DNA of 61,257 nucleotides, the filler included, from Sphacelaria rigidula (lineage: Eukaryota): the NCBI GenBank assembly GCA_964200075.2. It is 6 parts of 6 records of this genome, joined end to end, with 100 filler letters (N's around TTAATTAATTAA, not from the genome) between each part and the next. Parts side by side here need not be neighbours in the genome. Positions count along the whole stretch, not along the records: positions 20,455 to 30,581 come from CAXNAA020007081.1; positions 30,682 to 40,807 come from CAXNAA020007082.1; 4 more parts are not named here. The stretch is one strand, 5' to 3'. Shown here piece by piece: positions 20,858 through 32,766 of this stretch (positions are counted from its first letter, which is position 1; every line of letters starts with the position of its first letter). Position numbers and translations under genes: made by a program. The notes under the pieces are model-generated. The model saw nothing but the letters and a program-made list of their open reading frames with translations. It was not told the DNA's origin and did not search any database.

Positions 20858-23414
20858 TTTCACTCGTGTTGAGCCACTCATGACACGTAAAACGGTTATG
20901 AGAAACCCTGTTTCCCCCGTGGTAGTCGATCTCATGACTGCAGTGCGTTCGTTTATTCATACATACTCCATATATAGATTTTTCCTATTGCTTTTCGCTT
21001 TGTTTGCCGTTTGACAGAGTGGTTTTTCGACTTTGGCTTCGTCATCCCGGGGTCGACTAATTCCTGGCAGCAAACCATTGAATCCGCTGGCCGAGATCGA
21101 ATGTTGTCTCCTGACAAACTGAGGTATTTACTGCAGTACGAAGGTTCCGCCGAACGAGATGACTAGGAGACCTCGGCATTGTACTTTTTCGGTGTACGTT
21201 CAGGCGGAATGGTATAGCTGACGACCTCGGATACCAAGGACACAAACTAACAGTGCCGCCATGTACTTCTCCCGTCCTCACCCGCGCAGATTTGTTTTAC
21301 TTACCTCCGAAGTGCTGTGTCTACCTGCATGGCTCAAGACGCCAAATCACTGGGGCGGTTGATGTCAATTTTTTATGCGGCCATTGCCTCAGAAGCATCA
21401 TTACGCCGATAAGTAATGTTCTTCCCTTTATTGTCCAAGGTCGGTGGGTATTTAGTGCTGTAAGGAGACACACTGAGTGCGTTACGATCGAGCGTTTCAA
21501 GTCTATCAAGGCCGGGACTGACCCCGACGAATGTTGTACAGTTTCTCGGGCGGCTGAACGGTGCTGATGTCGACCCCTCTCTCGCTCGTAGGGTAGTTTC
21601 TCTGGCCATTGGTGCCCTATGCCACTTGGTGTCCATATCTACATCTACATCTCGGTGTATTGGACGCTCGCTCGTAACCATGTTTTGGGGCCTGTCTTGT
21701 TTCTCCCTCTCCCGTGCTATGTTTTGTTCGGTTTCGCTCTGACAGTGGGAATATGACGATCGAGACCACTTTTTTGGACGGCACCCAGATGCTTTGCAAG
21801 ACACTTGTCAGAATTTTCTACGAGTGACGTAGAACCGTATACTCCTCGATCAACAGGGTCGTCGGGCGCTTTCACAGTCGGTGAACATTCGCAAAGGGTT
21901 GCCGATCGAAGCGGACGTCGGACTACTGTAGCATTAGTCGTTTGCACATGTGAACGCAAGCCATGGATCTGCACGTTTCACGATTGAAGGCCTGTCTCCA
22001 CGTTCGAAGGCTACACGATATTTCACTTCCTCGTGCGAATGAGCCTCCTCCGAGACCGTAAACGTACTGGAGCCGTTCGCTTCCTTGTCATCTACTCAAC
22101 CTTGACAGGAATTTCGTGTAACCGTCATTCGGTGTGCGGTGACTAGATATAATCTCACAGGTTCGCATGAATACGTGACGCGAGTGCTCGGTCTGAAATG
22201 TAGACTCTCGTTGTGTTGACTTGTTTCTGCGTAGACTATGGGCCAACATGTCTGTCTGTAAGAAAGGAACGAGAAAAAAGTTGAACCATAGAGCAGGATA
22301 GAGTTGTGATGATTGAGGACTATGTGCAACCTTTTCGTGTAGCGTGTTGTTTTTCTTGTTGGTATTGTGCGGAGTGGATGATAGCTTTGTTGGACTGAAG
22401 AACGCACCGGCGGTGTCAGACGGTCCTGTCGATGAAACGTGTGCTCAAGAACATCCCACGCAAAAGTAGCGACATATGTCAGCTCAACGCAACAATTGTA
22501 AATGCGTTGGGCGCCCGTGCGATGCAGTTTTGTCGGGCGTCGTTGCTTCGGGGAGGTTTTGATTTGTTTGCTCATTCGATGCCGTAATTGATGACCAGAT
22601 ACATCTGTGGTTCAAGGGGGAGAACCAAGCACTTTGTGAATGTTGTTGTCCCTTTTGTCACGGCGGTGATTCGAATTTGGTTCCCAGTCTTGTGTCAATG
22701 ATTGCGCTTGTTAGTGTACAGTGTACGATGGAATATGATTTGCGTTATCTTCACAATACTCGCGATGCCTGCTCGTCACTAATGTCGTCAGATGGCCACG
22801 TTCAGGTAATGACAATCACAGAAAGCATTGTGATATTACTTGTGCAGCCCATCTGCATGACAAAATGTGTCATATTATCAAGAACTACGAGTCACTTTCT
22901 GGCTGCAAAGACACGCACATACAGATAAAAGGGCGATGCACAGTCGCATAACATTATACTCTCAGCGTTTCATCACATGCTCAGCTCTCTCACGTGATTC
23001 TCACTGCTACTAAAGTAGAGGCAACGGAGACCATAAATATTTTTTCTCGGATCAGCTTCCCCTTTACACACAAACATCTCGTTGCTCTACAGCGGTCACA
23101 CAGCACGCCACCCATGGGCCTTGCCCCATATACAGCACATCACCCGTAGGGCGTACCAAGGATAACAAAAGTATGGGACAACCCCGAATCGCCATCGATA
23201 CCTCATTCCTGATGCTCGAGATTATCGGGGTATTTTCGCTCCCCTAGCCGGGTGCAGCATCCATTATTTCTACCTCTGTACGAGGCATATCTCTTGTCTC
23301 CGTCGTATCACTTCGGTCACAAACAACTAGGTACATTGGTTTTGTTCGCATCACCGGTGTAATATCCAAACTGCGCCTTGTTGACACGAATCAGGATGAC
23401 AAAAAAGTGTGGCC

Positions 23415-25504
23415 TTGGAGATTGGCCCCGCCCTGGTAGATGTTGATCTTGTCGCGAAACTCCGCCTTTCGTTTCATCTCCGCTTTCTTCAGCTTTCAGG
23501 GTTGAATGCGTGTTTTCGAGAAGCAAAAGGACGAAACATGGCCAAGATTACATGGGAATGGCATATTTCACCTGTCGTTCCGCCCTTTTTTCGTACTCGT
23601 CGCTTCTCTACCTTTCGGTGTTTCGTGATTCCGGGGGCGAACCGCAATCAAAGTATGGTGAACCGAGGCGCATATTGTTCAAATACGAAGGCATCTATAA
23701 TTGTTGCATCTGCGGATATAACGTGGTTCTCAGGGGGGGGCGAATCAATTATGGGCATCGAGACAGCTCAAACGCCGAACTAATCGGACCAAGCAGTAAC
23801 AGTCTACGATAGGTTAGGTGTCAAAATGTTCCTCACCGGGAACAAAATGAACTTGGGGCAGGCCACAAGGTATTCCGATTTCACGGCGAACATGTCCATG
23901 AGTACCAGCCACCATGTGCGACTGACGGCTACGTGCATAATCTGGAAATTAAAATGACCAACGAGAAGCAGAATTAGTATAATAGGTAAGGAAACGAGGA
24001 CATCGTAGTCCCGTGGATTTTTCTAATGCTGGCACGTAGTACACGTATGAATATACTGTGTGAGTATTTTGTAGTCCCATCTGTTCTGCACGCCAGTCTA
24101 CATTTTCCGGTATGTGTGGGCGCATCGGCCGGGGTCACACAGGAGAAAGGTAATAAGATTGTTGACTTCTATTTCGGTTTTAGCAATCCACCTTCCTTCT
24201 GCCGTGCTTGCCTTTTTTATCTTGAAAAGGCTTCAGCGGTCCCTTTTTCTCATCTACTGTGAAATCGTACTTTGTTTATCTACGGCATGATCGCTCTGGG
24301 CATGATGTGATAAAGAATCCCAGATCGTGTTACTCCACCGAGATTCAAACCCACGTCCAACCGCCAGAAGGTTTCGAGAGTACCAACTGAGCCACAGGGG
24401 TGGCCGGCGGCAGGCATGTGTTCAGTACATCAAATTGTGAACAATGACACCACTTCACCTCGTTTTCGACGTTGCGATCACTCTCCTTCTTTTGGCGCGC
24501 TGCTTTGGACAGCGCCTGTGCCTCGAAAAAGTCCTTCGCCATTTTCACGTTGTGAATGGCCGGAGTGCGTCCCTTCGGCAAAGACACCAAATCAATCCGC
24601 CGAGAAATGACGGACAAAATGCAATAACAAAAAAATCGCGGCCTTCAACAAAGGGGACACTCGCGGAGCAGCATATTGTTAGACAAGGTATGCGTTCCCT
24701 TCGAGTGAACGGTTGAGGCCGCAGAAGTGCCATGCATGCGTATATCTAGAGTGCGCGTATTTTCCCCTCAAAAGTGCGTAGTCGAGTATCATAGAGTATA
24801 GACCACCCGTGGGCCTCTTACGTGCAAGCCAAGCCCTTACATGACCGTCCACATGACCCTCTTTAAGCCGGACGGCGAAACCGAAAATTTCACATGACCA
24901 CCTTGGAATCGGGTTCAAGCCTCACATCACCATCCTTAATAAACCGGACGGCGAAAGTAAAAAGCTCAGCCGATATGTCGGTGTTCTCAAAACGAGATAT
25001 GGTCGATCTGGCCGGTGCGGAAACACACATGATCGGTTTTGCCAAACATCGTCTCATCTTGCCATCTCTGAACCAGCCACAACTCTCTTATGACCATCTT
25101 CGGGTCGGACGGCAAGAAGGAAGTTTTCACATGACCATCTCCGGATCAGACATAAGTCTCACATGACTACCATTCAACCGGACTGCAAAATTAGTAATAT
25201 CACATAACAACCACTGGACCGGTTCAGCAACATAGACGCGTGAGAAAATACGTTTGTAACACCGCGTCACGTGGAAAGCCCTGCTGAATTAAGAAACATA
25301 TGCGCGTATCACCTGACCAAAACCTCTGTCTTCCGCGTCACGATCCTGAACCCCATGCCCTCCCATATGGGTTCGTCCGATGGAAAGAGGCGAGCATATT
25401 TTCTTCAGAACTTGGGTCAGCCCTGGGTTTTCGCTGAGGTAGCCTGCCCGCACTTTCTCAAACAAGGCCACAAATTCAGATTCCGACAGGCAGCCGTCTC
25501 CATC
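23415..25504 (-). CDS. Exons of an uncharacterised gene with an EF-hand-like motif (gene probably spans ~21057-28900)
   Basis: Three phase-0 exons: 25504-25313 (DGDGCLSESEFVALF; TTCAG/GTGAT), 24572-24459 (GRTPA..NVENE; AAG/GTGAAG) and one starting at 23492 (LKKAEMKRKAEFRDK; donor uncertain). Further candidate exons at 28612-28435 (TTTTTGTAG/GTACGC), ~26645-26581 (FEPFTFEP), ~21800-21520 and ~21230-21057. Confidence 0.5.
24058..24405 (-). mobile_element. tRNA-derived SINE (family A), intronic
   Basis: Reverse complement reads TGGCTCAGTTGGTACTCTCGAAACCTTC..GGGTTTGAATCTC and matches the other family A bodies. Confidence 0.75.
24835..25225. repeat. Degenerate tandem repeat (CACATGACCA..AACCGGACGGCGAAA units)
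   Basis: CACATGACC and CCGGACGGCGAAA motifs recur about every 40-60 bp. Confidence 0.6.
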
Positions 25505-27672
25505 CTGAATCAAGGGGAGATGGTACGTCGCTTGGTTGAAAAGGATAGCATATGGTGCCGTACGCTTCATCACACTTGAAGTCGAAGGATGCATGAAGAG
25601 TCTTCAAGTACTCTTTTTGCGTGAGCACGAATCTCTATATTGGCCAATTGATTGTTGATTTATTGTCGAATATTGGAACGTGTAGGACCTCGCCTGACCG
25701 TACACTCCTTTCTTTAAATCGCGGTTTTCGTCGTTCGCGAGCCCCAGGCTCTAAAGGATAGACTGGTTCGCTGCAAAATATTTAGCCGCGATCACGAGAC
25801 AGACGCACCCAAAAAAACAAGTAAAGAAACACTCGCTGAGGGGAGCTCGACAAAAGAGAAACACAAAACGGAAAGGAGAAAACAGGCAGACCAGACTGAA
25901 GAAAAGTAAAAGAGAGGAACTGAAGGGAATGACTGTGTAAACACGTGGAAGGGCACCGTGTTTCGGTAGGTATCGCGTTATCGCAGAACACGCTGAACGA
26001 GGAGCGCTGGTCGCTTCCAAAGTATATGGAGTTGTATTGATTAGACCAGTGCGAGCTGTTCGTAGATTGGTGAGCGTTGTCAAACAAGTGGTTGTATCCA
26101 CAAACATAGCAGCAGCAGACCGGATTGGACATTTTGTTGCTTGCCACATGTGTGCCACGTGGCCTCTGTGATCAACCTCGTACATCAACACTGCTGAAGA
26201 AGAACGACAGGCGTTCGGATCCTGGCTGCATAGCTTTTCATTTCCTTTTCCGCCATCTAACCACGCGGTAACGGGACTTGGCAATAGTGAAAGTCAACGA
26301 ATGCCAACGGCCGAGGCACAGCTGCTGTAGCACTCGTCTAGCTATCTGTGAAGTCGCAGGAACTCACTTGTCACGCTTCCACCGGAGCTGCCCGAACCGT
26401 CACATGAGATTGGACACATGGACGTAGATGCCGATATTTCGATGCTATGCCACTACAAGCTAGAGCTCACCATTGCTCGCGAGGCTTTATGTGTGGGTTT
26501 AAGTCCGAGTGTGACGCGATCTCCTCAGGGAAGACTGGACGTCGGTAATCATGCACCCATCCGTTCCACTATGACTATACCTGTTACCCTTGGTTCGAAG
26601 GTGAAGGGCTCAAAGTCGTCGCTTCGGAGCATAGGAATTGACGTAGCTATCAAGACATACAGTTGTGAAGACAGCTCATGCTTGCCTTGTCCGCCAGCAC
26701 CATGATGCTGTACATTTGAGCGTGCGTCTGAGGACTCCCGGTAATGGCCATAAGTTGTCGTACTTGGCTAACCGTCAGCGCCTGCGATTGTTCGGTGCTG
26801 TTAGCACAGAAACATGCCCGCACTCGCAAGAGCTATTTTTTGTAGGCACAGCGGATTGACGCGAAAGCGGAGAAGAAAGTGTCACTGAAGTTGAAAACCG
26901 CATAATCACACGCTCATTCCAAAGCGCGCGGTGTCTTGAACGAATATCTGTTTTAGTGCGTTGCTGAGAGAACACTGATAAAATTGCTCCGAAAGTGAAA
27001 CTGTACAAGACCTCCGTTCCGAACGCTGGCTCCATTTTGAATCGCTACTAAAAATTCCAGGGCTTGCATTGTACAAATACTCGACCGGAAATCAATAAGA
27101 AATCAGGGGTATAACAAAATCCGAGCATGATATCGTGCAGCTGTCCGGCTTACGTTCTACAGGAGGGAAACGGTGCAGAGCTGGTACCCGTATTTGGAGA
27201 ATTCGGGAGACAGTTTCGTGTTCCATGATGTGTGCTCGCACCCGCGGAATTTCAGCAGCACAACTGAACTTCGAAAAAAACATATGTACTTGGCAATCTG
27301 TTATCATTGGAATGGAAAGTCGGCGAGGGTCGGGGCACATGTTTCCAGCTTCGGAAACGGTTACACTCGCCTCTTCCGCGCTGAGGCAAGAAGATGGTGC
27401 GCCATTCTCGACTGTTTTTTTCTTTCGAGCCTCGACCTGCAGTCAAGTTTGACGAGTCGCACCAAACGCACGTGGAACATAGGCGAAAGGTACTGAAGCG
27501 CGTGCAATCTCCAAATTAGTAAGCTGAGGCGATTCAGCACGTGAAGATATAGTCTAGGCGAAGGTGCATAAAAGAAGAGGTCATCTTCGTAAACGAGGTT
27601 GCACGTTGAAATGATATTCAACTCCAAAATTTTGCTTTATTATCTGATTTAACGTCGTGACAAATCACTTTC

Positions 27673-27904
27673 ATGTGGACGGAACTATACCTCCCGACCT
27701 CCCTGAAAATGTGTTTGGCGGTTTCCCGTCTTCCGTTCCCCCAAAGGGTACGTGCGAAATCACCTTTCCCTCCGATTTTGGGGTGAAAAAATCAACGCTC
27801 TTAATCCGAAAATAGTGCTTTCGCACATACCGTTAGAGGACCTGAAGACAGAAAAACTCCAGAAATAATTTTAGGGAGGTCAGGGGGCATTAGATCGTCC
27901 ATAT
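27673..27904. mobile_element. Old imperfect palindromic MITE
   Basis: ATGTGGACG..CCCGACCTCCCTGAAAAT versus ATTTTAGGGAGGTCAGGG..CGTCCATAT. Internal GTACGTGCGAAA versus TTTCGCACATAC. Confidence 0.6.
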
Positions 27905-30174
27905 GAGAGTCATTTGTCATGCTCTCAGGTCAGGGAGAGACTTTAGGTCAGGGAAATCACTGTTTTGGAGTTATGCCTCATTTTTATGTTCAACGATATT
28001 TTCGAGGATAATTTCGTTTTTCTATCTTCTTCTGTTATTATTATTTTTTGTACGTCATAGTCTACTCTATCGTTCTGTTCTACTTCTTTTTTTCTATTTC
28101 TTCTTTTGTTTCAGCGAGTATTTTAGTTTCGTTGTGTCTTGGGTACGTCTATCATTTAAACCACGGCTGGATCCCTGGGGGGTCGGTTAAAGTGCGACAA
28201 TCAAATCAAATCAAATCAACAATCTCTTGCAGCTGAATACTTTGGAGAGCAGTTAGAAGCCCACAACCCCGAAATTGGGGCGCTGTGAAAGTAAAGCGGT
28301 GATGTATATCTACCGTGATGCCATGCAGAGGTCATATGCATAGGAAGAACCATCGGTGGTTGACCTGCAAGTAAGTATAACGTTGGCGTGAAGCTATCTC
28401 CGCGAACAAACACGTAAATCACAATTTCGCGTACCCTGCTAGTCGGAGAATTTTTGCCCCGGGATATATTCCCCTGTTCACCACGCCTCGTTTGTTGCTG
28501 AAGTTTGGCGGATGCTAGTGCTACGGATGTCCTCGTGGGTTGTGGCAAGGGCGTGTCATCTTCCGCGCGGGCTCTCCTCCGGAGCTCGGCGGCAAGCTCC
28601 TGTGACCCCCCCCTACAAAAAATAGGATTAAAGAGGACGAAGAGGGCAATTGCTCGTATATGTTGACAATGTTTTTGTTATGGATTTGGGCTTATTCCAT
28701 GAACCTGATAGTCTGCTTTGGTGTCGCATCGTTGGACGGAAGGCCTCCCTCGAGTGACGCAAGAACTAAAAATGCACGACTACCCCCATACGCATGAGAT
28801 CGTACAAGTATTGCAGTCGTTGAGCGTCTCCCACGCACGAGCAGACCTTTGAAATGGAGCTGGAAGCTTCGCGCTGAAGAGAATATGCGAGTGCTTGACA
28901 AGATGTACATACTGCATCGTGAGAAATAGACAAAAGTAGGTACAGTACATCACCACCTGTTACAGCGCGAAAGCGGGTACAAGTAAACCCGTAGGTTGGA
29001 GCTGTCCATGCTGGGCCCCGACCATTCAAACACTATCACCGACGCAAAGGCAATGCGCCCGCAGCCCATGCAGAGCATGTACATCAACGTTGGCGAAAAC
29101 AGAGCACGATATTAGGGCCAACCAGCACCGGGGAGCACAACGGCTTCGCAGAATACCCTCTTATGTCCGACATTGGGGTGGTCGGTATATCCACCACCAG
29201 CTACTACGTATGTTAATCTTGCACACGTCGGACAGCTTATGAGCAACCTGAAATAGCTAATCAAAAAGATCTCTCAGATCCAACGTACAAAAACACAGAA
29301 CACGTGACAACAATGTTCTGGAAGCCAAAGCGTTACCTTCCCGCTACACGGCGTGTTCGATGTCCATCGCTGTCGGGAGCCTATGCGGGAATAGTGGCCA
29401 AATGAGCTAGCTCATGATCCGAATCAGTACTCTAATAAGAAGAAATATCCAGGTAGCTCATGAGCTGTCCGACGTATGTAATCTTGTCTCATCTTCGTCC
29501 TACTTTGGCCCCCTAGTATCCAAAGTGTACCCGCGTTTGACTAATATTGACCTTCCACAGCCGCGGCCCAACCCAACGCAAGGTACACAATCGAGCTGAC
29601 TTGTCTGGAGTCAAAGACGTCGTACTCGGTTGATCAATAGCTACGCCTTGAGTGATTCATTATTTATCCTGCGACAATGTCTGCTCGTGTCTCAGGTGCG
29701 GGCTCTGTGTCAGGTGTGCATCACAGCAACGCTCCCTGTGCCGGTGGTTCATGTTTCCCTCAATGGCACAATAGCCCACAAAAAATTCGACGCCGACTCA
29801 AGAGAAACACTGCCACATTTTTCGCAGCGGGGGGGGGGGAGGGGAGGGGTATCATGATCAACCAACATGGTCTCTTTTTTCGCGTACACGAAAAGACACG
29901 GTCGTCGAGTGTGCGAGGTAGTTTTGGGCAGGGGATTAAGGCGTACTCATTTGGGTTAGGACTCCACAATACCCCGATATGTAGCGCAGATTGAGGAAAG
30001 TCTTGCGAAAATCGAAAATCCCGATCTGAGCTCCCCCGACCGGGGCCATATTGGGGTCCTTAACTGCATTCCGGATTTGAGCTCCCCCGATCCCACTACG
30101 GTGTACAGATCGAAAATTGTGTCGCCATCAAAATTAGACTCATCCCCGCCCCCCCGTTTCTCTCCACCGGGCAT

Positions 30175-30581
30175 GACATCGCTCTATCCTTTCCCCGGCC
30201 TGGTCCGGCGAGAACCCGGCGTGCTCCGTCCCGGTTTTGTAGGGGCGGACCCCCGATGGGGTTGGCGTCGGCTGGTGATGGCGCTGTAAAACACGTCACT
30301 CACTGCGTGAGCTAGGCAACCAGGTCACCGATTTTTTGTTTGCGCGCTCACGTTTTTTTGCGGTAACTGTGATGGTGGTCGAGCTACATCATGTCGGGCG
30401 GGGTGGGAGAACCTCAACTCCGCACAGTGGGAATGATCGTACTACGGAGTGTTTAAATAGTGGGACACCCATGAGGCAGTGCATCAGCCGTGGCTGTCTC
30501 TGGAAGTGGCGATACCAGAAAATGAAGCAACTCATTGGGGGCTGTCATCCGAATGCAAGTTAATCAGTAGGCTGCGGGCCG
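30175..30581 (+). repeat. Unclassified high-copy dispersed repeat
   Basis: Core GGCTGTCTCTGGAAGTGGCGATACCAGAAAATGAAGCAACTCATTG also occurs at 30745-30950, 60820-61200 and reversed at 43130-43185. The module CCGGCGTGCTCCGTCCCGG also occurs at 38150-38245, 40740-40800, 41890-41985 and 42945-43000. Confidence 0.75.
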
Positions 30582-31175
30582 NNNNNNNNNNNNNNNNNNN
30601 NNNNNNNNNNNNNNNNNNNNNNNNNTTAATTAATTAANNNNNNNNNNNNNNNNNNNNNNNNNNNNNNNNNNNNNNNNNNNNAATTTGGACAATCTTTGAG
30701 AAACTAAGAAATTACGGATTCTGCATACTTCTGACGCTGACTACTGTAACCATGATGGTAGTCGAGCCAGATCATGTTGTGCGGCACGGGAGAACCTCAA
30801 CTCCGCACACAATGGGGATGATCATACTACGTGTTTACATGGTGAGACACCCATGAGGCAGTGCATTGGCTGTGGCTGTCTCTGGAAGTGCCGATACCAG
30901 AGAATAAAGCAACTCATTGTAGGATGTCATCCAAATGCAAGATTATCAGGACAGTATTGCCCAGATTCCGCATTTTTGGGGGGGTGCATCTCACGCATCC
31001 CCCCACACGTGCCGCCGAACCGGGAATATCCACGCTGTGGTTCACCTCTGTGCCAAGTCTCAGGCCAGTTCCTTCTGACACGGCCGAGGGATCCACAAGC
31101 AAAGTCACGCTTGACTTGTACTGAAAATACAGTACTCAACAGTCGAAAACACACATGAGGTGCGTATGAATTTTG

Positions 31176-32766
31176 CAACGTTGTGTTCTGTAAGGTACGG
31201 GGACGTTCTGTAGGGTATCAGATTCCTTACAGAACATACAGAACTGTCGGGTACCGGTATGAAAGTCTTACAGAAAATACAGAACTGTCTGGTACCGGTA
31301 TGAAAGTCTTAAAGATATTGAAGAACTTGTCGGGTACGGTACGCGAGGCTTACAGAAAACGGGTACCGGCAATCGGGTAACTCTTTTAGGGCATACCCGC
31401 CCCTCGGGTTAGGGTAACGTTTTTGTACAGAACTCACAGAACTGTCGGGTAAGGGTATGGGAGGCTTACACAACTCACAGAAACTGTCGGGTAGGGTATG
31501 GAGGTTGCACAGAAAACCGTACCCGCACCCGGATATCTTATCAAGAGCGTACCTGTGCCCCCGGTAATGGTATGGGAGGCTTACGGAACTCACAGAACTG
31601 TCGGGTACCGGTATGGAAATCTTACAGAGTTTACAGGACTGTCGGGTACGGTAAATACCCGGCAAATACCCCAGGTATACAGAAAACCGTACCCTACAGT
31701 ACACGACCTTGGTATCATCATCACCCCTGTGGTGGGACCTACGTCACTAAAGCAGTGGCAAAATAGAGATGACAGTTCACGAAAACTCTGAACGACCTTC
31801 ACGGGGTTGATAGAGAAAGACTACACGAACAATCGCAGTAGTAAATGTGCACGGCATCGTCAATATCTATCGGTTTCACATACACTCTCAGAGAGTGAAT
31901 GAAAGAGCTTTCACGGCTGCCCGTTTTCCGAAAGCCCTTCGGCACGTGACAAAATCGCCGACGGCGTTGACGACTTTGGCAGCTCATTTGCTCTGTGCTG
32001 TACATGTCGATAACGGCCTGGGGATTGATAACCACGACACAACCACCATCAACGTCGATAACGTGCGTCTGGCTTCTTGATCCTTTGGTGGCGCAGATGA
32101 ACCACCCCCGGTCGTGCCACCACTCGCGAGTCTGGGGATGATCCATCATGACGGTCTGCAGGGCCGATCATGTTTCGTGCTTTCACTCAGCGGTACCTCG
32201 TATCCCGTCAGATCCCGGACTGAAGAACTTTTCAACATGAATGATGGTGTGCAGTTTTGAATGAAGGAGTTGGATGGGTTGATTGATGGGAGGTACATGT
32301 TCAGGTCATCATGTTGTGTTTGGATTGAACCCATATATGTACCTCCCCAACGTGTATATCTGCGCTCATACCTGCAATCGCGTGTATCTATGACGGTATA
32401 CACGAACCCCGGGTAGGGGTACGGGAAGCTTACAGAGCTCACAGAACTGTCGGGTACCGGTACTGGATGAAAGTCTTACAGAAATGACAGAACTTATTGG
32501 GTACGGTATGAGAGGCTTACAGAGAACCGGTACCGGCAATCGGGTATTCTTCAGAAGCATACCCGCACTCCGGGTACGGGTAAATGTTCTGTACAGAACT
32601 CACAGAACTGTCGGGTAAGGGATTAAAATCTTACAGAGATAACAGAACTGCCGGGTACCGGTACGAAAGTCTTACAGAACTCACAGAACTGTCCAGTGCG
32701 GTAAATACCCGGCAAAATACCCCAGGTATACAGAAAACCATACTGTACAGAACACAACCAACCTTG
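31176..32766. mobile_element. Composite non-autonomous TIR element: two subrepeat arrays around a unique spacer, 8-bp TSD
   Basis: Left end CAACGTTGTGTTCTGTA. Right ends ..TACAGTACACGACCTTG (31711) and ..TACAGAACACAACCAACCTTG (32766). Arrays of TACAGAACTCACAGAACTGTCGGGTACCGGTATG. Outer flanks GAATTTTG/GATTTTTG (7/8). Confidence 0.7.

Noticed and set aside
31190-31700. CRISPR-like array
   Set aside because: Degenerate subterminal repeats of a TIR element, no unique spacers, no cas genes, eukaryotic context. The same applies to the 60-bp minisatellites.
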